DNA of 64,000 bases from Bacilli bacterium (GCA_017404385.1 JAFRCK010000031.1:13799-77798), one strand, 5' to 3'; positions 10,056 through 21,717 are shown, counted from the stretch's first letter. The notes: generated by a model from the letters alone, not told the origin. A program made the numbers and translations.

Positions 10056-12869
10056 ATGAACGATAAAATAATTATTAGAGGAGCAAGAGAAAATAATCTT
10101 AAGAATATTAATATAGATTTACCTAAAAACAAGTTAATTGTTATGACAGGAGTATCTGGATCAGGTAAGTCTTCTTTAGCGTTTGATACTATATATGCAG
10201 AAGGTCAAAGAAGGTATGTAGAAAGTCTTAGTAGTTATGCAAGACAATTTTTAGGTGTATCTGAAAAGCCTGATGTAGATTCAATTGAAGGATTAAGTCC
10301 AGCTATTAGTATAGATCAAAAAACAACTAATAATAATCCTAGATCTACAGTAGGTACAGTAACAGAAATATATGATTACTTAAGATTATTATTCGCAAGA
10401 ATAGGTGTTCCTTATTGCCCTAATCATAATATTCCAATAACTAGTCAAACTATAGAAGAAATGACTAATAAGGTACAAAATTTAGAAGAAGGCACTAAGA
10501 TTATGGTACTTGCACCTGTGGTACATGGTGAAAAAGGTACTCATAAAGATTTATTTGATAGTTTAATAAAAGATGGTTATGTTAGAGTAAGAGTAAATGG
10601 TGAAATAAAAGATTTATCAGAAGATATAGTATTAGAAAAAAATAAAAAATCTAATATAGATGTTGTAATAGATAGATTAATTATAAGAGATGATATAAGA
10701 AGTAGATTATTTGAATCACTAGAAACAGCTTCTAAATTATCTGGTGGAAAAGTAGTAATAGATGTTGTAGGTAAAGAAGAAATGGTTTTATCAGAGAATT
10801 TTGCATGTCCACACTGTGATTACTCACTTGTAGAATTAGAACCTAGAATATTTAGTTTTAATGCTCCATATGGTGCTTGTCCATCTTGTAAAGGTCTTGG
10901 TTTTAAAGAAAAAATAGATGCTGATTTAATTATTCCTGATGATTCTAAAAGTTTAAATCAAGGATGCATTGTTCCATATAAAAATATGGATGAAGATAAT
11001 ATTATTATTCAAAAACTTGGAATATTATGTGATAAATATAATATAGATATGAATAAGCCTTGGTCTAAATTAACTAAGAAAGAAAAAGATTTAATACTAA
11101 ATGGTAATGGTGAAGTTATTCATTATAACTTTAAAACTAGAAGTGGTAATATAATGAATAATTTTGAAGAAAATGTTGGTGTTCTTTCATATTTAGAAAG
11201 AAGATATGCTGAAACAACTAGTGATTTTGTAAGAGAATGGCTTGGTAATTATGCAGTTGAATCACCATGTGAAGTATGTCATGGTTCAAGATTACAACCA
11301 CAAGTTCTTAACATATTTATTAAGAAAAAGAATATAGATGATTTATGTAAGATGAGTATAAAAGACTTATATGAATTTATATGTAATTTAAAGCTAAATA
11401 AAGAAGAAGAGGAAATATCTAGATTACTAATTAAAGATATAAAAGATAGATTAAGTTTCTTAATAAATGTAGGTTTAGATTATTTATCTTTAGCTAGATC
11501 AGCTTCATCTTTATCAGGTGGAGAAAGTCAAAGAATAAGACTAGCTACTCAAATAGGTTCTAGATTATCTGGTATTTTATATGTATTAGATGAACCAAGT
11601 ATTGGTCTACATCAAAGAGATAATGAAAGATTAATTAATTCACTTATTCAAATGAGAGATTTAGGTAATACTTTAATAGTTGTAGAACATGATACTGATA
11701 CTATGCTTGCTGCTGACTATCTAGTAGATGTTGGTCCAGAAGCTGGTGTAAATGGTGGTTATATTGTTGCTGAAGGTACTCCTAAAGAAGTAATGGATAA
11801 TCCTAATTCATTAACGGGTAAATACTTAAAAGGAATTGAAAAGATAGAAACTCCTAAAAAGAGAAGAAAGGGAAATGGACTTAATATAGAAGTTAAAGGT
11901 GCTACCGAAAATAACTTGAAGTCTATAGATGTTAAGTTCCCTCTTGGTAAGTTTATTTGTGTAACTGGTGTATCTGGTTCTGGAAAGAGTACTCTTGTTA
12001 ATGAGATATTATATAAGAATTTAAAGAATAATTTATATAAATCAAAAGAAAAACCAGGAAAGTGTAAAAAAGTAACTGGTATGGATAATATAGATAAAGT
12101 TATTAATATATCACAAGATCCAATTGGTAAATCTCCAAGAAGTAATCCTGCAACTTATGTTGGTGTATTTGATGATATAAGAGATGTATTTGCGCAAACT
12201 AAAGAAGCAAAGATAAGGGGATATGAAAAGGGAAGATTCTCATTTAATGTAAAAGGTGGTCGCTGTGAAGCATGTTGGGGAGACGGAGTTAAAAAGATAG
12301 AGATGCACTTTTTACCGGATGTATATGTACCTTGTGAAGTTTGTCACGGGTCAAGGTATAATAGTGAAACATTACAAATTAAGTTTAAGAATAAGACTAT
12401 TGCTGATGTACTTGATATGACTGTTGATGAAGCATTATTATTCTTTGAGAATATACCTAAAGTTAAAAATAAATTACAAACTATGAAGGATGTAGGACTT
12501 GGTTATATTAAAATTGGTCAAAGTGCTACTACATTATCTGGTGGAGAAGCAGCTAGAGTAAAACTTTCTAAAGAGTTACAAAAAAGACCTACTGGTAAGA
12601 GTTTATTTATACTTGATGAACCAACAACTGGTCTTCATACTCATGATATTAAAAAATTACTTGTTATATTAAATAGAATAGTAGATAATGGAGATACGGT
12701 TATAGTAATTGAACATAATTTAGATGTTATAAAAATGGCAGATTATATTGTAGATTTAGGTCCAGAAGGTGGAGATGGTGGTGGGACAGTTGTATTTACT
12801 GGAACACCAGAAAGCATTGTCAAAAATACCGTTAGTTATACTGGTAAATTTTTAAAAGATATTTTATAA
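10056..12869 (+). CDS. uvrA: Excinuclease ABC subunit A
   Basis: Two ABC ATPase modules ([14 protein letters not shown] and [13 protein letters not shown]). Zn-finger cysteines CPHC...CPSC and CEAC...CEVCHG. Confidence 0.95.
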   Translation: MNDKIIIRGARENNLKNINIDLPKNKLIVMTGVSGSGKSSLAFDTIYAEGQRRYVESLSSYARQFLGVSEKPDVDSIEGLSPAISIDQKTTNNNPRSTVGTVTEIYDYLRLLFARIGVPYCPNHNIPITSQTIEEMTNKVQNLEEGTKIMVLAPVVHGEKGTHKDLFDSLIKDGYVRVRVNGEIKDLSEDIVLEKNKKSNIDVVIDRLIIRDDIRSRLFESLETASKLSGGKVVIDVVGKEEMVLSENFACPHCDYSLVELEPRIFSFNAPYGACPSCKGLGFKEKIDADLIIPDDSKSLNQGCIVPYKNMDEDNIIIQKLGILCDKYNIDMNKPWSKLTKKEKDLILNGNGEVIHYNFKTRSGNIMNNFEENVGVLSYLERRYAETTSDFVREWLGNYAVESPCEVCHGSRLQPQVLNIFIKKKNIDDLCKMSIKDLYEFICNLKLNKEEEEISRLLIKDIKDRLSFLINVGLDYLSLARSASSLSGGESQRIRLATQIGSRLSGILYVLDEPSIGLHQRDNERLINSLIQMRDLGNTLIVVEHDTDTMLAADYLVDVGPEAGVNGGYIVAEGTPKEVMDNPNSLTGKYLKGIEKIETPKKRRKGNGLNIEVKGATENNLKSIDVKFPLGKFICVTGVSGSGKSTLVNEILYKNLKNNLYKSKEKPGKCKKVTGMDNIDKVINISQDPIGKSPRSNPATYVGVFDDIRDVFAQTKEAKIRGYEKGRFSFNVKGGRCEACWGDGVKKIEMHFLPDVYVPCEVCHGSRYNSETLQIKFKNKTIADVLDMTVDEALLFFENIPKVKNKLQTMKDVGLGYIKIGQSATTLSGGEAARVKLSKELQKRPTGKSLFILDEPTTGLHTHDIKKLLVILNRIVDNGDTVIVIEHNLDVIKMADYIVDLGPEGGDGGGTVVFTGTPESIVKNTVSYTGKFLKDIL

Positions 12870-12922
12870 AAATATCTTTTTATTTTTATTTTTTTTTGAT
12901 ATAATTTGTATGAGATGATAAT

Positions 12923-13330
12923 ATGAAAAAAATATTTAATGAAAAAAATTTAAATAAGTTTTTAGATTGGATAATATATTTAATTGCGTATTCACTAACA
13001 TTCTTTTTAGTAGATATAATTTTTAATGCTTTTGAAGTAGATAATCCAGTTTATTACTTCATTGCTTCTTTAATTACATATCTATTAAATATAACAATTA
13101 AACCAATTATATTTAGATTCACTTTACCTATCACAGGTTTAACTTTTGGATTATTTTATTTTGTTATAGATTTTTTTATGTTAGTAATAATAGATTTTGT
13201 TTTATCAAGACATTTTGATATTTATGGAATATTCTGGGGATTATTTATTGCGTTCATTATTAGTGTTACTCATGTATTTATAGAGGAATTTATACTAAAG
13301 CCACTTGCGAGAGGAAGTGATAAAAAATGA
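12923..13330 (+). CDS. Small integral membrane protein (DUF360/holin-like, tentative)
   Basis: Four predicted TM helices in a 135-aa protein. Overlaps the lgt start by 4 nt. Confidence 0.45.
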   Translation: MKKIFNEKNLNKFLDWIIYLIAYSLTFFLVDIIFNAFEVDNPVYYFIASLITYLLNITIKPIIFRFTLPITGLTFGLFYFVIDFFMLVIIDFVLSRHFDIYGIFWGLFIAFIISVTHVFIEEFILKPLARGSDKK

Positions 13331-14100
13331 TGAGTTCTTTTAATTTATTTGGACTTAATATTCATTTATATTCACTATGTATTCTTGCAGGAATTATAGT
13401 TGCGTATTTTATTATTTCAAATGAAGCAAAGAAGCATAATATAGATAGTGAAACAATAACTAATATTATTTTTTATGGATTATTATTTGGAATATTAGGT
13501 GCCAGGCTTTATTATGTAGTATTTAATTTAAATTATTATAAAGATAATCTTTTAGATATATTTAAGATATGGAATGGTGGACTTGCTATTCATGGAGGAG
13601 TACTATTTGGTGCTATTTTTGTATTCTTTTATTGCAGAAAGAAGAAACTAGATTTTTTAAAGTTATGTGACATAATTTTACCTGGGGTTATAATTGCTCA
13701 GGCAATAGGTAGATGGGGTAATTTCTTTAATCAAGAAGCATATGGTAGTATGGTTACTCTAGATACATTACATAATTTATTAGTACCAGAATTCATAATA
13801 AAAGGAATGTTTATAAGAGGTAATTATTATTTACCTACATTCTATTTTGAAAGTATATGGTGTATTTTAGGATTTATATTTATGATAGTTTTAAGAAATA
13901 AAGTAAAGATTAAAACAGGTACTATAACTGCACTATATTTAATATGGTATGGAATAGGTAGAGGTCTAATAGAAACATTTAGAACAGATAGTTTAATGAT
14001 ATTTAATATTAAACAAGCACAAGTTATATCAGTGATAGCTATTATCATAGGTATAGTAATATTATTAAATAGAAAAAGAAATAAATATAAGGAGGATTAG
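13327..14100 (+). CDS. lgt: Prolipoprotein diacylglyceryl transferase
   Basis: Lgt signature GRWGNFFNQEAYG. Multi-TM protein. ATGA overlap with the upstream gene. Confidence 0.9.
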   Translation: MMSSFNLFGLNIHLYSLCILAGIIVAYFIISNEAKKHNIDSETITNIIFYGLLFGILGARLYYVVFNLNYYKDNLLDIFKIWNGGLAIHGGVLFGAIFVFFYCRKKKLDFLKLCDIILPGVIIAQAIGRWGNFFNQEAYGSMVTLDTLHNLLVPEFIIKGMFIRGNYYLPTFYFESIWCILGFIFMIVLRNKVKIKTGTITALYLIWYGIGRGLIETFRTDSLMIFNIKQAQVISVIAIIIGIVILLNRKRNKYKED

Positions 14101-14106
14101 GATAGT

Positions 14107-15039
14107 ATGACATTCTCAGGAAAAATAAAAGAAGAAATATCTAAATTAGAGAGTGAAAAAATAGAATATATATCAGAATTATCAGGTATTTTTTGTACTA
14201 ATGCAGATATAAAACTATATTCAATAAAAGTACAAACAGAAAACTTGAACGCCGCCAACAGAATCTTTAAAATAGTAAAGGACATTTATAACGTAACAAG
14301 TAATATAACTGTTAAAAAGAATTATAATTTTAAGAAAAATGAAGTGTACATTATAGAAATAAAGAAGAGTGTACCTGAAATAATAAAAGATCTTGGATTA
14401 ATTGGTGAAACAGGTTTTGTAATTAATAAAGTCCCTTTTGAAGAAATTGTTGCGGATGATAATTTAAGAAGTGCATTTATTAGAGGATGTTTCTTAATAA
14501 GTGGTTCTGTAAATGATCCTAAAACTAGTAGATATCATTTGGAGTTAATTGTTAATACTGCTGAATTTGCTGAATTTTTAAAGAACCAAATTAATACTTA
14601 TGGGCTTAATTCTAAAGTATTAAGAAGAAAAAAAGGATATATGGTTTATATTAAAGAATCAGAAAAGATAAGTGATTTCTTAAAAGTAATAAAAGCATTT
14701 AATGGTGTTATGTATTATGAAGATATAAGAACATATAGAGAAAAGATTAATCTTAATAATAGAATTAATAATTGTGAACAAGCAAATGTTGAAAAGTCTC
14801 TTGCTTCTTCAAATAAACAAATAAAAGATATAGAATTTATAAAGGCAAAAGATGCATATGATTTATTAGATGATAAAGTTAAAGTAGTCGCAGAATATAG
14901 GGTTAAATATCCAGATAGTTCATTAATTGAATTAAGTGAGATAATATCTGTTGAAACAAATAATAAAGTTACAAAATCATGTGTTAATCATAGACTTAGA
15001 AAAATAAAAGACTTAGCTGATAAATTAAGAGAAAAATAA
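14107..15039 (+). CDS. whiA: DNA-binding protein WhiA
   Basis: N-terminus MTFSGKIKEEISKL. LAGLIDADG-like core FIRGCFLISGSVNDPKTSRYHLEL. C-terminal HTH. Confidence 0.9.
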   Translation: MTFSGKIKEEISKLESEKIEYISELSGIFCTNADIKLYSIKVQTENLNAANRIFKIVKDIYNVTSNITVKKNYNFKKNEVYIIEIKKSVPEIIKDLGLIGETGFVINKVPFEEIVADDNLRSAFIRGCFLISGSVNDPKTSRYHLELIVNTAEFAEFLKNQINTYGLNSKVLRRKKGYMVYIKESEKISDFLKVIKAFNGVMYYEDIRTYREKINLNNRINNCEQANVEKSLASSNKQIKDIEFIKAKDAYDLLDDKVKVVAEYRVKYPDSSLIELSEIISVETNNKVTKSCVNHRLRKIKDLADKLREK

Positions 15040-15065
15040 TATGTGAAAATGTGTTATTTTCTTGT

Positions 15066-15087
15066 AAAGACTTTAAGTCTTTTTTTA
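15066..15087 (+). terminator. whiA terminator
   Basis: AAAGACT-TTA-AGTCTTT followed by TTTT. Confidence 0.7.
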
Positions 15088-15119
15088 TTTGTGATATAAT
15101 TTTAATGTAGGGTGAAAAT

Positions 15120-16052
15120 ATGAATAAAAAGGAATTTAGGACATTAGATGAACAAATAGATATACTTAAATCTAAAGATTTAATAATCAATAATGTAGAT
15201 GTAGCTAAAGATATATTACTACGTGAAAATTATTTTTTTATAAATGGGTATAGATATTTGTTTTTTGATAAGAATAAGAAAAGAAAATTTATAACTGGTA
15301 CTAAGTTTGAAGAATTATATTCAGCATTTTTATTTGATAGAAATGTTAGAAATATAATGTTTAAGAACCTACTTGTTGTTGAAAATAATATTAAAAGTAT
15401 TATTTCATATCAGTTAAGTAAAAAATATGGTTTTAAAGAAAAAGATTATTTAAACCCTAAAAATTTTATTCAAGACTATAAAGATTCAAGAAGAGTAGAT
15501 GATGTCTTAAATAAAATGAAAAGACAAATTAGAGTTAATGGTGAAAAACATACAGCAACGTATCATTATATTAACAAGTATCAATATGTACCATTATGGA
15601 TATTAGTTAAGGTTTTATCTTTTGGTTTAATAAATGAGTTATATGGAATATTAAAACCAGAGGATAAAGAGGAAATAGCTTCATTTTATAAAATTAGTTC
15701 CGAAGAATTAAAAGTATATCTTCAATTATTATCTAATTATAGAAATTTATGTGCGCATGAAGATATAGTATATGATCATAGAACTCAAACATTTATAAAT
15801 GATACTAAATATCATGATTTATTAAATATAGAAAAGAATGAATTAGGGGAATATATTCAAGGTAAAAATGATTTGTTCTCGGTAATTATTATATTTAAAC
15901 AAATGCTTGATAAAGAAAGATTTGAAGAATTAATTAGAGAAATAAAAATATGTTTTGATAAATTTGATCAAGGGGTACAAATTATTTCAAATGAAAAACT
16001 ATTAACTAGAATGGGATTCCCTAAAAATTATATGGATATTATTGATTTATAG
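15120..16052 (+). CDS. Abi_2 family (AbiD/AbiF-like) abortive-infection protein
   Basis: N-terminal FRTLDEQIDILKSKDLIINN...ENYFFINGYRYLF matches the Abi_2 opening. About 310 aa. Has its own promoter. whiA terminator sits at 15066..15087. Confidence 0.75.
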   Translation: MNKKEFRTLDEQIDILKSKDLIINNVDVAKDILLRENYFFINGYRYLFFDKNKKRKFITGTKFEELYSAFLFDRNVRNIMFKNLLVVENNIKSIISYQLSKKYGFKEKDYLNPKNFIQDYKDSRRVDDVLNKMKRQIRVNGEKHTATYHYINKYQYVPLWILVKVLSFGLINELYGILKPEDKEEIASFYKISSEELKVYLQLLSNYRNLCAHEDIVYDHRTQTFINDTKYHDLLNIEKNELGEYIQGKNDLFSVIIIFKQMLDKERFEELIREIKICFDKFDQGVQIISNEKLLTRMGFPKNYMDIIDL

Positions 16053-16063
16053 GAGATGATAAT

Positions 16064-17194
16064 ATGGATAATAAAGAAAAGAAAGTAAAAAAAGAAAATA
16101 AAGAAATAAAAACTATAGTAAAAGAAAAAAAGAATAATGGTTTTTTAAAGTTTTTTATATTTTATATAATAACAGTAGCAAGTGCTGTAGGAGCAGCTAT
16201 ATTAGTTGTTAAATTTGTTCCAGTGGAGTCTAAAGTTGTAACTGAAACTGTTAATAAAACAATGGTCAGTGAGGAAGGAATAGAAGAAGCTATTACTGGA
16301 GTATATGATGCAGTAGTAACTGTTAAAAGTTATTATGGTGAAACACTAGTAGGAACAGGTTCTGGTTTTGTATATAAAAAGGAAGATAAAAATGGTTATA
16401 TTATAACTAATAACCACGTTATAGAAAACGCTAATAAGTATGAAGTATTACTTCAAAATGGAGACGGAGTAGAAGCTAAATTATTAGGTTGTGATGAATA
16501 TTCTGATTTAGCTGTTTTATCAATAGATGCTGATAAAGTTATTAAAGTTGCTAAATTAGGTGATAATGAGTTATTAGCAACAGGTAATACAGTATTTACC
16601 GTTGGTAGTCCTATGGGTAGTGAATATAGTGGATCTGTTACTAAAGGTATTGTTTCAGCAAAAGATAGAACTGTTGAAAATGATAATATAGTAACTAAAG
16701 TTATTCAAACAGATGCTGCTATTAACCCTGGTAATTCAGGTGGACCATTAGTAAATATGGCTGGTGAAGTAGTTGGTATTACTTCGATGAAATTATCTGC
16801 AACTCAAATTGAAGGAATGGGATTTGCTATTCCAATAAATGATGCAATGGTTTATGTTAAGAACTTAGAAAAAGGTGAAAAAATAAGTAGACCAACTATT
16901 GGAGTATCTTTAATAAATGTTAATGAAAGATATAAATTATTCTATTATGGTATTAACGTAGATAGAAACATTGAAAAAGGATTAGTAGTTGCTAAAGTAG
17001 AAAAGAATAGTGCAGCTGCAAAAGCTGGATTAGAAATGGAAGATGTAATAGTAAAAATTGATGGAAAAGAAGTAGATAGTTTATCGAAATTAAGATATTA
17101 CTTGTTCCAGTATAAGATTGGTGATAAAATTAAATTAACTTGTATTCGTGACAAGAAAGAAATTGATATAGAAGTTAAATTAGAAGGAGAATAA
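16064..17194 (+). CDS. htrA: HtrA/DegP-family serine protease with PDZ domain
   Basis: N-terminal TM. Catalytic TDAAINPGNSGGPLVN. C-terminal PDZ. Confidence 0.9.
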   Translation: MDNKEKKVKKENKEIKTIVKEKKNNGFLKFFIFYIITVASAVGAAILVVKFVPVESKVVTETVNKTMVSEEGIEEAITGVYDAVVTVKSYYGETLVGTGSGFVYKKEDKNGYIITNNHVIENANKYEVLLQNGDGVEAKLLGCDEYSDLAVLSIDADKVIKVAKLGDNELLATGNTVFTVGSPMGSEYSGSVTKGIVSAKDRTVENDNIVTKVIQTDAAINPGNSGGPLVNMAGEVVGITSMKLSATQIEGMGFAIPINDAMVYVKNLEKGEKISRPTIGVSLINVNERYKLFYYGINVDRNIEKGLVVAKVEKNSAAAKAGLEMEDVIVKIDGKEVDSLSKLRYYLFQYKIGDKIKLTCIRDKKEIDIEVKLEGE

Positions 17195-17196
17195 TT

Positions 17197-17613
17197 ATGT
17201 TTAAAAAATTAAATGAAAAGAAACCATTAGTTATTGCAGCTTCGATATTATTAGTAGTATTACTTGGCTTTGTTGGGTTTCTAGTATTTAATAAAATTAA
17301 TGCATCAGTATCTAAATCAAAAGCTGAGGATAAACTAAGCGAATTATCTGATAAATTTTATGAACATTATTATGATACAAAAAAGGAAGAATTAAGTGAT
17401 GAAGAATTAAAAAAATTCCTATCAGGTTATAGTAAAGATGGTTTAATAATAAATTTAGAAAATTTACAATTATTTCTTGATAGTTACAATATAGAAGATT
17501 ATTCCGTTTTTGATAAGTGTGATAAATCTGGAACAAAAGTAATGATTTTTCCAGTTGATCCATATGGTAAAAAAGATTACAAAAAATCATTTACTTTAAA
17601 TTGTAATTTCTAA
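17197..17613 (+). CDS. Hypothetical membrane-anchored protein
   Basis: N-terminal TM. Follows htrA with no gap. Bidirectional terminator at 17613..17642. Confidence 0.4.
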   Translation: MFKKLNEKKPLVIAASILLVVLLGFVGFLVFNKINASVSKSKAEDKLSELSDKFYEHYYDTKKEELSDEELKKFLSGYSKDGLIINLENLQLFLDSYNIEDYSVFDKCDKSGTKVMIFPVDPYGKKDYKKSFTLNCNF

Positions 17614-17641
17614 AAAAAGAGAGTTTAATAACTCTCTTTTC

Positions 17642-19228
17642 TTATACTAATATAAATACTATTGCTGTTATAAATGCAATTATATATAAAATTAATTCAA
17701 TTAAGAATGTCCATATTCTTTTTGTTTGTCCGTCAACAGTATATTCATATATTTCTATAAATGGTACTGGATTTCTTCTAAACCAACCTTTAACAGTTAC
17801 CTCTTTATCAATCATTTTACCTGATTTAAATAAAGCAAATATTTTATTAATTATAAATAACGGTTGATTATAATCTAAGAATATAATACCTGTTTCATCT
17901 TTAATGACAAAGTCTTCACTAAATATACACCCTGGATCACCTTTACCAATTATTTTACCTGTTACTTCAGTTGGTACAGATGTAACATGTGATACTCTAA
18001 CTTCACTAAGTAATCCTTCTACATTATTCTTTTTATATCCAAATTTATGAGATAATAAGAATCTAATAAATAAGAATACAACAGATATTAACATACCTAT
18101 TCCTATATATCTTAATATGTAATCTTTATTGATTGCTCCTAAGATAACGAATAATGGTAATACTATACTAGGTACTAATACTATTAATAATTCAAATAAG
18201 AAATATCCCATAAAACCTTGATTCTTTTCTATATCAAAAGTTATATATGGTTCTTGATTGTATTCTTTAGACATTGCTGATATTCTATTAATTCTTTTTG
18301 ATATTAATGGGTGAGTTGAATTTAATTCAAACCATTTAGCCCATGGATTCCACATTTCCCATTTCATAGAATTCTTAATTCTAGTTTTATTAATTCCATT
18401 TTCATCTATAGAAGCAACTGCCATTGCTTTAGATGCATTCTTATCAAATATACCTAGTGCATTTTTCTTTGAAACATCTTGGTACTTCTTGTTATCTTTA
18501 TTCTCATGTGTTACCGTACTTAGTCCAAATCCTATTTTAACTAGTGCCTCTGCTAAGGCCTTTGGATTCTTAGTTTCTTGTACTGAGAATTCATCTGCAT
18601 AGTATTCTCTTGTTCTTGATAACCATAATATAAAGTATTGGCTAATTATATATAGTACAAATGCTATATAACCAACTATAGCAGCTTTATTATCATCGCT
18701 ATCACTACTACTTCTATTATCTGCTAATAATTCAAAAATAGCATACATAACTAGTGGTACAACTTGTACTGCAGTCATAACAAGCATATCCATATGAACA
18801 ATATGTCCCATTTCATGACCAACAACTGCTTTTACTTCTTCTTCAGTTAATAAATCAAAGATACCTCTAGTTAATACTAATCTTGCATCTTTCTTAGTTC
18901 TACCATAAGTAAATGCATTTGGTGCTCCATCTTCAATAATACCTATTTTTGGATATTTAACTTTGTGTTTAGCACATTCTTCTTCAATAAATTTCTTTAA
19001 ATATTCAGGTATTTCTTTATCAAACTTAGCTTTATAGAAAAACCTCATTGATAAATCAGTTAACCATGGTGCGATTAAAAATTGAATAGCAATTATAAAT
19101 ATACTTATTCCAATAGCTATTAATACATTTCCCCCCATGATCATTGTAGCTAATATAATTATACCTGCTAGTAATCCGTATAAACAAGTTACGGTAAATA
19201 ATGATACCCCTAAAACCTTACTTTTCAT
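17642..19228 (-). CDS. M48-family (HtpX-like) zinc metalloprotease, multi-TM
   Basis: HEXXH motif VGHEMGHIVHMD. Multiple TM helices. RBS AAAGGAG. Confidence 0.8.
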   Translation of the reverse strand: MKSKVLGVSLFTVTCLYGLLAGIIILATMIMGGNVLIAIGISIFIIAIQFLIAPWLTDLSMRFFYKAKFDKEIPEYLKKFIEEECAKHKVKYPKIGIIEDGAPNAFTYGRTKKDARLVLTRGIFDLLTEEEVKAVVGHEMGHIVHMDMLVMTAVQVVPLVMYAIFELLADNRSSSDSDDNKAAIVGYIAFVLYIISQYFILWLSRTREYYADEFSVQETKNPKALAEALVKIGFGLSTVTHENKDNKKYQDVSKKNALGIFDKNASKAMAVASIDENGINKTRIKNSMKWEMWNPWAKWFELNSTHPLISKRINRISAMSKEYNQEPYITFDIEKNQGFMGYFLFELLIVLVPSIVLPLFVILGAINKDYILRYIGIGMLISVVFLFIRFLLSHKFGYKKNNVEGLLSEVRVSHVTSVPTEVTGKIIGKGDPGCIFSEDFVIKDETGIIFLDYNQPLFIINKIFALFKSGKMIDKEVTVKGWFRRNPVPFIEIYEYTVDGQTKRIWTFLIELILYIIAFITAIVFILV

Positions 19229-19317
19229 ATATACTCCTTTCTTAAAGATATAATATCATTTTTTAATATTATATTCAATATTATGGTATAATATAAAACT
19301 TAATTGGAGGAACTTAT

Positions 19318-21597
19318 ATGGCAAACATGGAAAATTTTTTAAATTCTATTGAGATACCTAATGGTGTTGGTTTTGAAATATATCCTAATACAATTCCATT
19401 TTTGTTTAAGACTAAAGCATTATTTCAGAGTTTTGGCTTAGAAGCGGAAAAAATATTTCAAAAAGTATTAATAAAATATGACTTACCAGTATTTTTTCCA
19501 CTTGAATTTTCATTGTCAGTTGAGTCATGTAATGGTGAAAAACATATTTGTCTTTCTAAATTATTTTTTATAGATACAATATGTAAATGTTTTAATAGGC
19601 AACTTCCAGAAGAACTAAATGATTTCTTTTCTATGGTATCTTCTGGTTATTCTAATCACGCTTTTATGAGAAACGAATTTTTATCAAGTAATCTAAAGAA
19701 TATTACTAAGGGTATTATAAAGGAATTAAATGAAACAAAAACAGTAGAAGATTTTAGAAATGTGAGTAATTATTTATATCAAGTAGTCATTGCTTTAGCT
19801 AAAAAACGAAATATAGGCAATTTAGAATTTCAAAAATTCTTTTTACATTTCCGTGATGATTTAATAAAACAATTGAAAAAAATAATCATATGGTCTGATA
19901 AAATATTAGATGATATTTCCATTCCTTTAGAAAATGAATTATTTAGATATGTAGATATTGATAAATTTAAAATGTATTTCTCGTTTTTATATTTACATAA
20001 TTCTCAATTTGTTAAATCTCCATATAATTTAATATTATATGATTCTGCGTTAAAAATTGTTGATTCTATTGAGAATAAGGATGTTAAAATTCAGAGCATA
20101 TATATTTTTTCTTTTTTTAAAAGTCCTGATAAATCTCTCATAATTGATAATGCTAATATTATAAAATTTAATGAACTATTAAATTATTATAAAAATAGAA
20201 GTAATATAGGCCCTACAAATCTATTAGAGAATTATTCTAGAGGTGATTTTTCTGGAAAAACAATTGATGAGATTCTTGATTTTATTTCAAAAGAGATAGA
20301 AAAAACTATCGAAAAATCTACTGAATTAGGTAGTGAAAATGTAGATGCTAATGAAATGAATTCTAAAATAGATGAACTAGATAGAGAAATTAAATCTGGA
20401 AAACTAGTAGGTAAAGATTTATTAAAAGCAAAACATCAGTTACAAAAATTACATATGGTTATGAAAGAAGTTATGCCAAGAGCTATTCATAAAGGTTTAC
20501 CACCATTTAAAGGATTTTATGTTTATTTTTATGATAATGGTATGGTTGCGATAGATAAAATAGATTATGGATCACGTTTATTTGTTATGCCTGTTTCTAC
20601 TTATAAGTATATTTTAGATAATAAAATTGACAGGTTAAGAAAAGTAGGTAGATTAGATAGTGTTAAAGCTTATAAACATGATGAAAGAACAGATTGGTTA
20701 GGAAAAGCAAAACAAACTATTTTAAATAGTACTGAGTATGTTACTGAAGCTGATAAAAAATATAATGAACAAATAGATGGATGGAATTTTGGATACACTC
20801 AAGAAGATATTGATAAAATAAAGAATACTATTGAATTAATAGAAAAAGATGTTTCTTTAACTATTGATGAAAAAGATAAGATTAAAAAAGAAATTGAAGA
20901 AAAAGCAAAAAAGAAGAGAAAGAAGAAACAAAAAGCTAATGAAATAGATAGTGAATTAAAACAATCTAATCCAAAGTCAGAAGAAGAAATGACTAAAAAG
21001 GATAATGATGAATTAGCCATTTTAGAAAGTAGATTAGATGATGAATTTGGTAATGATTCTGATTTTGATGAATTATATGAAGCAGAAAAAAAGTATAAGA
21101 AAAATGGAAATAGATGCGCTTCTGTATCTAAATTTGGTAAAGATAGAACTATAGATGAAAATGGTATGTATCACTGTGAAATGTGTAATAATACATATTC
21201 AATAGAACAAAAATCTAGATTAGACTATCATCATTTTATACCAATCTCAAAAGGTGGCCCTGATACTCTATATAATGGAATATGTTTATGTACTGAATGC
21301 CATAGAATAATCCATTATGAGAAAGAAAGAATTCCAATTAGTACTCAAGGTTATATTTTATCTTTAATAGAAAAACATATTAGAGAAGAAAACCCTGAAC
21401 TATTAGATAAATTTATTGAATATAAAAATTATTTCTTTCCAGATATTAATGAATTAATATCTAATGAAAGAAATAGATTAAAAAAACAAGGATTATCTGA
21501 ATCTATGATAGATATTATTATAGAAGAAAAAAAAGAATTATTATTAAATGAATCTAAAAAATATGTAAAGGGATTTGAATTAAGATATCATAAATAA
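19318..21597 (+). CDS. Large protein with an uncharacterised ~600-aa N-terminal region, a K/E-rich coiled-coil, and a C-terminal HNH endonuclease domain
   Basis: C-terminal CEMCNN...DYHHFIPISKGGPDTLYNGICLCTECHRIIH (HNH with CxxC Zn ligands). RBS GGAGG. Confidence 0.6.
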   Translation: MANMENFLNSIEIPNGVGFEIYPNTIPFLFKTKALFQSFGLEAEKIFQKVLIKYDLPVFFPLEFSLSVESCNGEKHICLSKLFFIDTICKCFNRQLPEELNDFFSMVSSGYSNHAFMRNEFLSSNLKNITKGIIKELNETKTVEDFRNVSNYLYQVVIALAKKRNIGNLEFQKFFLHFRDDLIKQLKKIIIWSDKILDDISIPLENELFRYVDIDKFKMYFSFLYLHNSQFVKSPYNLILYDSALKIVDSIENKDVKIQSIYIFSFFKSPDKSLIIDNANIIKFNELLNYYKNRSNIGPTNLLENYSRGDFSGKTIDEILDFISKEIEKTIEKSTELGSENVDANEMNSKIDELDREIKSGKLVGKDLLKAKHQLQKLHMVMKEVMPRAIHKGLPPFKGFYVYFYDNGMVAIDKIDYGSRLFVMPVSTYKYILDNKIDRLRKVGRLDSVKAYKHDERTDWLGKAKQTILNSTEYVTEADKKYNEQIDGWNFGYTQEDIDKIKNTIELIEKDVSLTIDEKDKIKKEIEEKAKKKRKKKQKANEIDSELKQSNPKSEEEMTKKDNDELAILESRLDDEFGNDSDFDELYEAEKKYKKNGNRCASVSKFGKDRTIDENGMYHCEMCNNTYSIEQKSRLDYHHFIPISKGGPDTLYNGICLCTECHRIIHYEKERIPISTQGYILSLIEKHIREENPELLDKFIEYKNYFFPDINELISNERNRLKKQGLSESMIDIIIEEKKELLLNESKKYVKGFELRYHK

Positions 21598-21623
21598 AAT
21601 TATATGTTATAATATATTTAACA

Positions 21624-21707
21624 TCTTATAAAGAGAGACGGAGGGACCAGCCCTATGAAGTCTCACCAACCTATTAAGTTAGGTGGTAATGCTGGATCTA
21701 TAAGATA
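21624..21707 (+). promoter_or_regulatory. SAM-I (S-box) riboswitch aptamer
   Basis: CTTATAAAGAGAGACGGAGGGACCAGCCCTATGAAGTCTCACCAACC...AGGTGGTAATGCTGGATCTATAAGA matches the S-box consensus (CTTATCAAGAGAGGCAGAGGGACTGGCCCGACGAAGCCTCAGCAACC...). The P1 3' strand ATAAGATAAC can alternatively pair with GTTATCTTG in the downstream terminator. Confidence 0.85.
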
Positions 21708-21717
21708 ACTTTTTAAA

